Made by a program: the position numbers and the translations under genes. This document shows, in pieces, positions 16,192 to 23,491 of a DNA stretch of 32,053 nucleotides; within the stretch, counting starts at the first letter, position 1; each line of letters begins with the position of its first letter. The notes below the pieces were generated by a model. The model was not told the origin of the DNA. It did no database searches and saw only the letters and a program-made list of their open reading frames with translations. The stretch comes from Burkholderiales bacterium (lineage in GTDB: Bacteria; Pseudomonadota; Gammaproteobacteria; Burkholderiales; SG8-39), in contig DATEEW010000327.1 of NCBI GenBank assembly GCA_035280965.1, forward strand, positions 1 through 32,053, given 5' to 3'.

Positions 16192-16250
16192 CGCTTGGCG
16201 TGGCATGCTGAGGCCGCTAAAGTGTTCGCTTCCATTTCCAGGAGCCGCAC

Positions 16251-17267
16251 ATGGCGCGCACGCGTGCATGGGCCGCGACCACACGCGGCGGAAAATTGAA
16301 AGCCTTCGAATTCGATCCAGGCCCGTTGGGCGAAGAAGAGGTCGAGATCGCGATCGAATGGTGTGGTATCTGCCATTCCGATATTTCGATGATCGAAAAC
16401 GACTGGGACTCGAGCAGCTATCCGTTGGTGCCTGGGCATGAAGCCGTCGGTCGCATTCTTTCAATAGGCGGCAAAGTCAAAGGGCTGACCAAGGGTCAGC
16501 GCGTCGGCGTGGGCTGGAACGCCGGCAGTTGCATGTATTGCCGCGCGTGCTTGTCCGGTGACCAGCATTTATGTCCGCGCATTCAACCAACCATTGTCGG
16601 TCACCATGGCGGTTTCGCCGAACGCATGCGCGCGCATTGGGCCTGGGCGATTCCCATCCCCGAAGCGCTCGATGCGAGTGCGGTCGGTCCGCTGCTGTGC
16701 GGCGGTATCACCGTGTTTTCGCCCATTCTCAGCTTGGGGATCAAACCGACGCAGCGGGTGGGCGTCGTAGGTATTGGTGGACTCGGCCATCTGGCGCTAA
16801 AATTTCTCAATGCGTGGGGTTGCGAAGTCACCGCGTTCACGTCCAGCGCATCGAAGCGGGACGACGCCCTTGCCATGGGCGCGCATCATGTCATTTCGAG
16901 TAAAGACCCGGCGGCGATGCGGCGCATCGCGGGTTCGCTCGATCTCGTGCTGTACACGTTGAATGTCCCTGTCGATTGGGACGCGCTGTTCGCGACACTC
17001 GCACCGAAAGGGCGTCTTCATGTCGTGGGCGCAGTGCTCGATCCGATTCCCGTTAATGCCGCGGTGTTGATCGGCGGCGATCAAGGAGTTTCCGGTTCGC
17101 CGACCGGTCCGCGCTCGCAAATCGACACCATGCTCGAGTTTGCCGCGCGCCATAACATCCTTCCCACCGTCGAACACTTTCCCATGAGCCGCGTGAACGA
17201 TGCGCTCGAACATTTGCGCGGGGGTCGTGCGCGCTATCGCCTGGTGTTGGACGCGGATTTTGACTAA
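16251..17267 (+). CDS. Zn-dependent NAD(P)-alcohol dehydrogenase (YahK/cinnamyl-ADH-like)
   Basis: 'CGICHSD', 'PGHEAVG', structural-Zn Cys cluster 'CMYCRACLSGDQHLC', dinucleotide fold 'VGVVGIGGLGHLA'. AGGAG lies upstream of ATG 16251. Confidence 0.9.
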   Translation: MARTRAWAATTRGGKLKAFEFDPGPLGEEEVEIAIEWCGICHSDISMIENDWDSSSYPLVPGHEAVGRILSIGGKVKGLTKGQRVGVGWNAGSCMYCRACLSGDQHLCPRIQPTIVGHHGGFAERMRAHWAWAIPIPEALDASAVGPLLCGGITVFSPILSLGIKPTQRVGVVGIGGLGHLALKFLNAWGCEVTAFTSSASKRDDALAMGAHHVISSKDPAAMRRIAGSLDLVLYTLNVPVDWDALFATLAPKGRLHVVGAVLDPIPVNAAVLIGGDQGVSGSPTGPRSQIDTMLEFAARHNILPTVEHFPMSRVNDALEHLRGGRARYRLVLDADFD

Positions 17268-17302
17268 AGGCAATTAGCAGGCACGACGATTGTTTGCATA
17301 AG

Positions 17303-17327
17303 GGCATTCCGAAAACGCGGGAATGCC
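17303..17327. repeat. solo hairpin related to the ATTCCCGCG...CGCGGGAAT arm of the REP-like family
   Basis: GGCATTCCgaaaacgcgGGAATGCC (8-bp stem) in the adh-cupin gap. The 3' arm contains the ORF-track ATG of the cupin gene. Confidence 0.4.
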
Positions 17328-17670
17328 TATGCAGCTGCAAAAATTGCAATTCCAATCCGACTTCAAGGTCGTCGCCGGCAATGCGCGATCGCAAGCGGCG
17401 GTGATGGTTATCGCCCCCGGCAAGACGGAGGGTGGTCCGGGCAATCGTCATCGCGCCGCCGATCAATGGCTCTACATACTCGAAGGTGAAGGCGAAGCTA
17501 TTATCAGCGGCGCTCCGCATCCACTTCACGCGGGTAGTCTATTGCTGGTTGAGCAGGGCGAAGAACATGAAATCCGCAACACGGGCGCGGAGCCGCTGCA
17601 AACGCTGAATTTTTACGTGCCACCCGCGTACGACAAAAAGGGTGAGCCCCTACCGCGCGGCGAAAGCTGA
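17323..17670 (+). CDS. cupin-domain protein
   Basis: 115 aa. 'HRHRAADQWLYILEGEGEAII.G....L.AGSLLLVEQGEEHEIRNTG' fits the two-motif cupin barrel. The start is uncertain (ATG 17323 or 17329). Confidence 0.6.
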   Translation: MPMQLQKLQFQSDFKVVAGNARSQAAVMVIAPGKTEGGPGNRHRAADQWLYILEGEGEAIISGAPHPLHAGSLLLVEQGEEHEIRNTGAEPLQTLNFYVPPAYDKKGEPLPRGES

Positions 17671-17688
17671 ATCCGAGAGGAGAAAATC

Positions 17689-18054
17689 ATGGCGAAGTAC
17701 GGCAAAAAGGCATCGGAAAAAGTCGAGAAGTCGATGCACGAAATGAAAGAAGGCAAGCTTAAGAGCGGCGGCTCCGGCAAGAACGTGACCAGCCGCAAGC
17801 AGGCAATTGCGATCGGTTTATCCGAAGCACGCAAAGAGGGCGGCAAGGTCCCGGCGAAGAAAAAAACCGCGAAGAAGACTGCAGCGAAAAAGAAGACGGC
17901 GAAGAAGGCGCCGAGCAGAAAAACCGCGAGCAAGAAAACAACCGCGAAGAAGGCGCCAAGAAGAAAGGCCGCCGCCAAAAAAAATACTGTCAGAAAAACG
18001 GCTGCTAAGAAATCGACCGCCAAGAAAAGTGTCTCGCGGAAGAAACGCGCATAG
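17689..18054 (+). CDS. Lys/Ala-rich histone-H1-like (AlgP/BpH-type tail) small basic protein
   Basis: 121 aa. N-terminal ~55 aa 'EKSMHEMKEGKLKSGGSGKNVTSRKQAIAIGLSEARKEG' is followed by ~65 aa of (T/A)AKK-type repeats. AGGAG at 17678-17682 lies 6 nt before the ATG. The antisense ORF 17613-18071 is a repeat shadow. Confidence 0.6.
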   Translation: MAKYGKKASEKVEKSMHEMKEGKLKSGGSGKNVTSRKQAIAIGLSEARKEGGKVPAKKKTAKKTAAKKKTAKKAPSRKTASKKTTAKKAPRRKAAAKKNTVRKTAAKKSTAKKSVSRKKRA

Positions 18055-18280
18055 AGTTGTTGCAATCGCACATATTATTTGGGGGCATGGTCGCCGCAAT
18101 ACGCACACGATGGTATTCGTATGCGACACAGCATAGTGATTCGCCTTCATTTCCGACGTCCGGACTTGCGCTGGACAATCGACGATGAAATTCACACAAA
18201 AGGATTAAGCCATCGTCATGCTTCTATGTCTGGAAAGCTTGATCTAAGCTGTATGCGTATTGAATAAGTAGGAGCGCGGC

Positions 18281-19969
18281 ATGCGGCATCATTCCTCGGT
18301 TCAAGGCGGCGCGAAGCAGTCTTCGCGCAACACTCAATACCGTTCCGACGGAAACAGAATGCGCGATTGGCGCGCCCGCAAGGAGGGCGATCCCTTGCCT
18401 GCAGGATTGCGTGCTTCCTTGGAGCAATACTTCAAATCGCCGCTGGACCGAGTGCGCATGCATAGCGATCCGGCCAGTCAGCGTGAGGCGGATCGGCTCA
18501 AGGCCGGAGCTTTCACTCTGGGTCAGAACATTCATCTTGGCAGCGAAGCCTTGCGCGCGGGGAGCAAAGCCAGATCTGCGCTGCTCGCGCATGAAGTCGT
18601 GCATACGATTCAACAAGGTGCCGTTTCAGATCGTATCCATCCCACAGTAGGTCCTCAAGACGATCCATACGAACAACAGGCCGAAGCGCTTGCCAAGGGC
18701 TTCTCGCGATACGAACGGAATCCGCACGACCGCCTCGCGCTAGGCATGCGCGATGTGGCGAACGTGCAGAAAACGCCGGGTGGCCGAGCCACGATCCAAT
18801 GCGGCAAAGTTCCCACTCATTTTGGTGAGTTCGAGGATTTCAAATACAAGGATTTAACCAATGCCGCCGGTAAGAAAGTCGGCGTCGAAATGTATTTGAA
18901 ATTCCATCCGGGTACGAATGTAAGTGCCGACCTTATCGGCTTGACGCAGGTTGCCGAAGGGAAACGGAATGGCGTCCCAATCACACAAGGTTTGTACGGG
19001 TTGCACAGTGCAACGAGCGGCGCGGGCGTAGGATACTTTATCGATCGGTTGGAAGGATTTCCAAACCCGATATACCCAACGACAAAAAAAGTCGTTTCCG
19101 GCGGCAGTGCGAGCAACCTCGCCGATTATGAGACGACAAGCATTACCGCGTTGACCGCGACGGAGCAAGCAACCAGGGCCGCCTCGACTGGTATTACAGG
19201 CGTCGGTTACAAAGGCTGGGGCCAGCACGGCTTCAGTAAAGTCGTCAGCGGGAAAACGGTGACGCAGGATGCCGAACTCTATGACGCGCCGGTGCTAGGT
19301 GGGGCGGGCGCCGACTCGGAACAGGTTTTCGAAACGACCGCGCTCGCACTTTCGGGCTCGCAGAAGGATACCTACTACGGTTCTGTAGAGTGGGGATGGC
19401 GTATCGACTCCAAAGGCGCATTCACGCGCATTCCTCTCAAAGCGGTTTCGCAAGGAGTGCCTAGCGCAACCTTCCTCACTGCAGCGAATATATGGAATCC
19501 ATCGAAAGTCTCTTTAGGTTTTAAAAGCACGATTGCGACCGATTTGCTCGATGGTACCCTCACGAAAATTGGCTCTATTCCAAAAGACGCAGAGCTTGAA
19601 TTCACTGGTCGCAGCGGTACGGTTGGCTCCAAAACGTACGTGGAAGTGAAGCATTCCGGAACTACAGGAGTTGTAGATAATGCTGCCGTACAACAGGCCG
19701 CGATTGGAGCGGCTACCGTCGACTTGCCTGTACCGATGGTTCAGACGATTTCCAATCCATTGGGCAGTACGATGATTTTGAAATACGCATTGGGTTCGAG
19801 CACAGTGCAGCTTCCGTGGGGTACCCGCGTCGTTACGACGGCCTCAATGCTGCCAACGCCGACGCTTCCCAATCACGAGGAAGGCGAAGTGGCGGACGGC
19901 CCCTTGACGGGCACGAAAGGCTATTTCTTCGCGCCCGATCTCAAGCTAGAAGCGCTCGGGAAACGTTGA
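18281..19969 (+). CDS. DUF4157 (zincin-like HExxH) N-terminal domain protein with a ~440-aa uncharacterised C-terminal body
   Basis: Residues ~38-115, 'LPAGLRASLEQYF...DRVRMHSD..S...A..LKAGAFTLGQNIHLGSE...SALLAHEVVHTIQQG', match the DUF4157 signature as I know it. HEVVH is encoded at 18590-18604. AGGAG at 18270-18274 lies 6 nt before the ATG. No signal peptide is visible. I recognise no motif in the remainder. Confidence 0.7.
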   Translation: MRHHSSVQGGAKQSSRNTQYRSDGNRMRDWRARKEGDPLPAGLRASLEQYFKSPLDRVRMHSDPASQREADRLKAGAFTLGQNIHLGSEALRAGSKARSALLAHEVVHTIQQGAVSDRIHPTVGPQDDPYEQQAEALAKGFSRYERNPHDRLALGMRDVANVQKTPGGRATIQCGKVPTHFGEFEDFKYKDLTNAAGKKVGVEMYLKFHPGTNVSADLIGLTQVAEGKRNGVPITQGLYGLHSATSGAGVGYFIDRLEGFPNPIYPTTKKVVSGGSASNLADYETTSITALTATEQATRAASTGITGVGYKGWGQHGFSKVVSGKTVTQDAELYDAPVLGGAGADSEQVFETTALALSGSQKDTYYGSVEWGWRIDSKGAFTRIPLKAVSQGVPSATFLTAANIWNPSKVSLGFKSTIATDLLDGTLTKIGSIPKDAELEFTGRSGTVGSKTYVEVKHSGTTGVVDNAAVQQAAIGAATVDLPVPMVQTISNPLGSTMILKYALGSSTVQLPWGTRVVTTASMLPTPTLPNHEEGEVADGPLTGTKGYFFAPDLKLEALGKR

Positions 19970-19973
19970 ATCG

Positions 19974-20558
19974 ATGAGCAAGGCTGCGGAGCGCGTGAAG
20001 CAGCATTTGCTCGAAGCGGGTTACGCGCGCTTATTTATCGAACGTGTCCAAGCCGCTATCGATCAGGTGCGCGCAGGTGAATCGGATATAGGCTCGCTTT
20101 TGCAAGAAGTGGCGAATGACCGCGAGACGTCCTGGGATGCACGGTTTCTGGCCTCGGAATATTTGTATCGCTACATCGACATGAAGTTGCATGCCGAGCT
20201 GGATCGTGATGAATTGCAGGAAAGCTATTTTGAAGCCCTGCGTCACAATGCAAGCGGAAATGGCGCTGATTGGGCCTTCGCCACGGGTCCCAATGAATTA
20301 GGGCCACTATTGCGCATGGTGCTCGATGGCGATAGCCAGCTCAATGCTTTCCTGGCGGGTTTGGAGGACGACACGGAACTTCCGTTGTATTTCCCGTGGC
20401 GTGCACCGGCGCATTTCGAGCCACCTTACCGGGTGAAGGATTTCGCCGCTCTGGCGATTTCCCGAGTCCGAGGTCTGGGCGTCGATCTTTCGGGCCCTGT
20501 CGATCGTCGCGATGAAGCGATCGAATCGCTTCGGAAGCGTTTGGCGGAGGCGAATTAA
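19974..20558 (+). CDS. hypothetical cytoplasmic protein, helical-looking, coupled to the DUF4157 gene
   Basis: 194 aa. The ATG lies 4 nt after the upstream stop (TGA 19967-19969). No TM segment or signal peptide. Rich in E/D/L/A/R. No family motif recognised. Confidence 0.55.
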   Translation: MSKAAERVKQHLLEAGYARLFIERVQAAIDQVRAGESDIGSLLQEVANDRETSWDARFLASEYLYRYIDMKLHAELDRDELQESYFEALRHNASGNGADWAFATGPNELGPLLRMVLDGDSQLNAFLAGLEDDTELPLYFPWRAPAHFEPPYRVKDFAALAISRVRGLGVDLSGPVDRRDEAIESLRKRLAEAN

Positions 20559-20569
20559 GGAATGTTTCA

Positions 20570-20716
20570 TTAAGGGCTGCCGCCCCTTAAAATTGCCTCC
20601 GGCATAACGCCGCTTACAGCGGCATTAGCCTACGCCGCAATCTTCGGGACAGGCGCAGATTGTCCCCGCAAATTCAGGCAAGCTCTGATTTCAAAAACAA
20701 GTTAATCAGAGCTTTC
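20570..20716 (+). repeat. ~147-nt multi-hairpin intergenic repeat, copy A
   Basis: Fills the convergent gap between the 194-aa gene and msrB. Hairpins: TTAAGGGctgccgcCCCTTAA (20570-20590), GCCGCttacaGCGGC, GGGACAggcgcagatTGTCCC, AGCTCTGATTtcaaaaacaagttAATCAGAGCT (20681-20713). Aligns with the reverse complement of 23016-23160. Confidence 0.85.
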
Positions 20717-21151
20717 TCAAGTGTCCGTTTGGGGAACAAAATTCAATGCGACGCCGTTGTTGCAATAACGTAGTCCTGTAGGCGCCGGCCCGTCTTCGAA
20801 TATATGACCGTGATGCCCGCCACAATGCGTGCAATGGTATTCGGTGCGCGGCATTAGCGTTTTGAAATCGATTTTCGTTTCCAGCGCCCCGGGCAGCGCT
20901 TCGAAAAAACTGGGCCAGCCGGTACCGCTATCGAACTTCATGTCTGATGTGAACAGCGGCGCCCCGCAACCTCCGCAGACAAATATGCCCGGCCGCTTTT
21001 CGGTGTTGAGCGGACTGCTGCCCGGATACTCCGTCCCTTCCTTGCGTAGAACCTGATAAGCCTCCGGCCTCAGGCGTGCATGCCAATCAGCGTCGCTGCG
21101 CGCGGCAGCATCGGGATCGGCGGCCAGTCGCGATAATTTATCTTGTGTCAT
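20717..21151 (-). CDS. msrB: peptide-methionine (R)-S-oxide reductase
   Basis: 'CGGCGAPLF', 'GTGWPSF', 'CTHCGGHHGHIFEDGP', 'RYCNNGVAL'. ATG 21151 is preceded by GGAGA. The ORF-track TTG at 21163 lies inside that RBS. Confidence 0.94.
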   Translation of the reverse strand: MTQDKLSRLAADPDAAARSDADWHARLRPEAYQVLRKEGTEYPGSSPLNTEKRPGIFVCGGCGAPLFTSDMKFDSGTGWPSFFEALPGALETKIDFKTLMPRTEYHCTHCGGHHGHIFEDGPAPTGLRYCNNGVALNFVPQTDT

Positions 21152-21258
21152 CGCGTTCTCCAAATTTTAAAGGTCGGCGCATATTGTCGCGCGTATGTTT
21201 TACGGAATGACCGCCATGCCTTTTCATGCCATGATCGGGCAAAACATACACCCAGACT

Positions 21259-23007
21259 ATGCACGACATCGAATTTATACAAGACCTCGCGATTATCATG
21301 GCCATCGCCGGCTTGGTAACCGTACTGTTCCATCGCTTCAAGCAGCCGGTGGTATTGGGCTACATCTTGGCCGGCGTAATCATCGGCCCGCACACGCCGC
21401 CCTTCGCGTTGATCCAAGACGAGGAGACCGTCCAGATTCTGGCGGAGTTGGGCGTGGTTTTCCTCCTTTTTTCGCTCGGACTCGAATTCAGTTTGCGGAA
21501 GCTTGCCCGGGTAGGGATGACTGCAGTTATCGCGGCGATTGCGGAAATCGTGTTGATGGTGTGGTTGGGTTATGAAATCGGCCGCTTTTTCGGCTGGCGG
21601 CCGATGGATTCGATTTTTCTCGGCGCGATCCTCGCTATTTCGTCCACGACCATTATCGTCAAAGCGCTCGATGACCTGAAACTCAAAAAAGAGCACTTCG
21701 CGCAAGTGATCTTCGGCGTGCTGATTGTTGAAGACATGCTGGCCATCGGCATTATCGCGGTGCTCTCGAGCATGGCGGTGAGCGGAGAAGTAGACGCCGG
21801 TCTAGCGTTCGGAACCTTCGGTATGTTGGCGCTCTTCATGATCGTATCGATGGTGGTGGGCATTCTGGTCGTGCCGCGATTGCTGGCCTATGTCGCGCGC
21901 TTTCACAGCGCGGAAATGTTGCTTATCACGGTGCTCGGTTTGCTGTTCGGATTCTGTCTCCTGGTGGTCAAGCTCGATTACAGCCTTGCGCTGGGCGCGT
22001 TTCTGATCGGCGCAATCATGGCCGAAGCGAAAGAACTCAAAGAAATCGAAAGGCTGATCGAACCGCTTCGCGATATGTTCAGCGCCGTTTTCTTCGTCAC
22101 TATCGGCTTGCTGCTCGATCCGAAGGTGATGCTGGAATACGCTTTGCCAATCGCGATCGTGAGCGTAGCGGTGGTATTGGGAAAATTCGTTTCCTGCGGT
22201 TTTGGCGCATTCATCAGCGGTCAGAGCGGTCGCGATTCGATTCGCATCGGCATGGGATTGTCCCAGATCGGCGAGTTCTCTTTCATCATCGCCTCGCTTG
22301 GGCTGACCCTCGGTGTGACAAGTAAGTTCTTATATCCAATCGCCGTAGCGGTGTCGGCAATCACGACTTTGACCACCCCGTATTTGATTCGTCTGGCCGA
22401 TCCTTTGTCCGCGATGGCCGCACGTTCCGCACCTGCACCGGTGGCGCGGATGGCCGAAGCCTACAGCCGTTGGCTGGGATCGATTCGTCCTCAGGGGGAG
22501 CGCGCGCTGATCGCGAAGATGATTCGCCGGATCATCCTGCATGTGATGGTCAATCTAAGCCTGGTCACGGCGATTTTTCTGGGCGCGGCCTACGCGATGC
22601 GCCATGTGGACTTCTTGATGCACTTGCCCATGGATTTGGATTCTTCCACCACCCTTGTTTGGGCGTGCGCGCTCTTGCTATCGCTACCGTTTTTAATCGC
22701 GGCATATCGCAAGCTCAAGGCTTTGAGCCTGATGCTCGCGGAGATGAGCGCCGGGGTGGATGCGTCTTACAACGAAGGTGCGCGACGCGTCATCGCAGAG
22801 GTAATTCCCGCGCTATCCATTGTGGTTTTGATGGTGATCGTGTCGGCGCTGAGTTCGAGCATTCTGCCACCTACCGGATCGATGATCGTGGTGCTGGTGG
22901 GCATTGCCGTCGTTGCGGCCGCTACCTGGCGCTGGCTCGTGCGCCTTCATGCGCGCTTGCAGGCGGCGCTGATGGACAACCTCGGCGGACCGAACAAACC
23001 GAAGTGA
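21259..23007 (+). CDS. cation:proton antiporter (CPA2/Kef-type Na+/H+ exchanger family), no KTN/RCK domain seen
   Basis: 582 aa, polytopic. The N-terminus 'FIQDLAIIMAIAGLVTVLFHRFKQPVVLGYILAGVIIGP' is typical of the family. The C-terminal third has extra TM segments rather than a Rossmann fold. Confidence 0.88.
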   Translation: MHDIEFIQDLAIIMAIAGLVTVLFHRFKQPVVLGYILAGVIIGPHTPPFALIQDEETVQILAELGVVFLLFSLGLEFSLRKLARVGMTAVIAAIAEIVLMVWLGYEIGRFFGWRPMDSIFLGAILAISSTTIIVKALDDLKLKKEHFAQVIFGVLIVEDMLAIGIIAVLSSMAVSGEVDAGLAFGTFGMLALFMIVSMVVGILVVPRLLAYVARFHSAEMLLITVLGLLFGFCLLVVKLDYSLALGAFLIGAIMAEAKELKEIERLIEPLRDMFSAVFFVTIGLLLDPKVMLEYALPIAIVSVAVVLGKFVSCGFGAFISGQSGRDSIRIGMGLSQIGEFSFIIASLGLTLGVTSKFLYPIAVAVSAITTLTTPYLIRLADPLSAMAARSAPAPVARMAEAYSRWLGSIRPQGERALIAKMIRRIILHVMVNLSLVTAIFLGAAYAMRHVDFLMHLPMDLDSSTTLVWACALLLSLPFLIAAYRKLKALSLMLAEMSAGVDASYNEGARRVIAEVIPALSIVVLMVIVSALSSSILPPTGSMIVVLVGIAVVAAATWRWLVRLHARLQAALMDNLGGPNKPK

Positions 23008-23015
23008 TAGGCTAA

Positions 23016-23160
23016 GGAAGCTTTGATTAAGTTTCTTCAGCAATCAGGGCTTCCCTGAATTTGTGGGGACATTCTGCGCCTGTCGCAGACTGCGGATAGG
23101 CTAACGCCGCTGTAAGCGGCGTTATGCTGGAAGCAATTTTAAACGTGGCGACCCCTTAAT
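23016..23160 (-). repeat. ~147-nt multi-hairpin intergenic repeat, copy B (inverted)
   Basis: Fills the convergent gap between the antiporter and the RRM-like gene. By hand alignment, the reverse complement matches copy A at about 89 of 102 positions in the central block (20589-20690), with three 1-nt gap positions. The terminal hairpins are also conserved. Confidence 0.85.
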
Positions 23161-23170
23161 CGGACATGCT

Positions 23171-23431
23171 CTAAGGGGTAGAGCCACCCATAATCATCAA
23201 GGTTTGCACGTTCAGTTCGCGATTGTGCCAAAACATGCCGTGGAGACGCATTTGCGCGCTGGACACCTTGTCCTCGACTGCTCCCTCGAAATTTAGGATC
23301 GCCGCCGGACGCGTACCATCGCCCGGCACGCGCTGAATTTCCGAAGGATGAGGGCAGCCGTATTTCTCTACAAACTCGCAAAGCTGCTCGTCCGTCACGT
23401 CGGGATGGATGTTGCCGATCCACAGTTTCAT
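23171..23431 (-). CDS. small RRM-like (RNA recognition motif) protein, degenerate RNP1
   Basis: 86 aa. The RNP2-like 'KLWIGNI' at the N-terminus and the overall length and spacing fit a single RRM. The RNP1 position ('RPAAILNF') lacks the usual aromatics. RBS GGAAAGGAA lies upstream of the ATG. Confidence 0.45.
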   Translation of the reverse strand: MKLWIGNIHPDVTDEQLCEFVEKYGCPHPSEIQRVPGDGTRPAAILNFEGAVEDKVSSAQMRLHGMFWHNRELNVQTLMIMGGSTP

Positions 23432-23491
23432 CGTATTTCCTTTCCGTTTTAAACGATCGCCGCGGAATGCCGCGCGATCATAAGTACGTCC

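Noticed and set aside
16201-16215. TGGCAT motif downstream of the GGDEF-EAL gene (sigma-54 look-alike)
   Set aside because: Ten nt after the GG the sequence is CC, not GC. A GC occurs only at 9-nt spacing and there is no TTGC, so it does not meet the -24/-12 geometry.
17860-18040. Short tandem repetition that might suggest a CRISPR or VNTR array
   Set aside because: The units are 9-15 nt, degenerate and in frame within a coding sequence. There is no spacer/repeat architecture and no cas genes.
17613-18071. 152-aa minus-strand ORF rich in F/A/V/L ('FFAVFFF...')
   Set aside because: Mirror image of the AAG/GCG lysine-alanine repeat of the histone-like gene. It looks hydrophobic only because it is the reverse complement of K/A codons.
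18224-18616. 130-aa minus-strand ORF across the start of the DUF4157 gene
   Set aside because: Antisense to the best-conserved part (DUF4157/HExxH) of the plus-strand gene, and it has no RBS.
21148-21705. 185-aa minus-strand ORF extending upstream of msrB
   Set aside because: A different frame from msrB and antisense to the antiporter N-terminus. msrB already has a clean GGAGA-ATG start at 21151.
20570-23160. Interpreting the inverted 147-nt repeats as ends of a composite transposon carrying msrB and the antiporter
   Set aside because: There is no transposase or integrase, I could find no target-site duplication, and each copy sits exactly in a convergent intergenic gap, like REP/terminator-type elements. 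I kept it as a repeat finding, not a mobile-element call.
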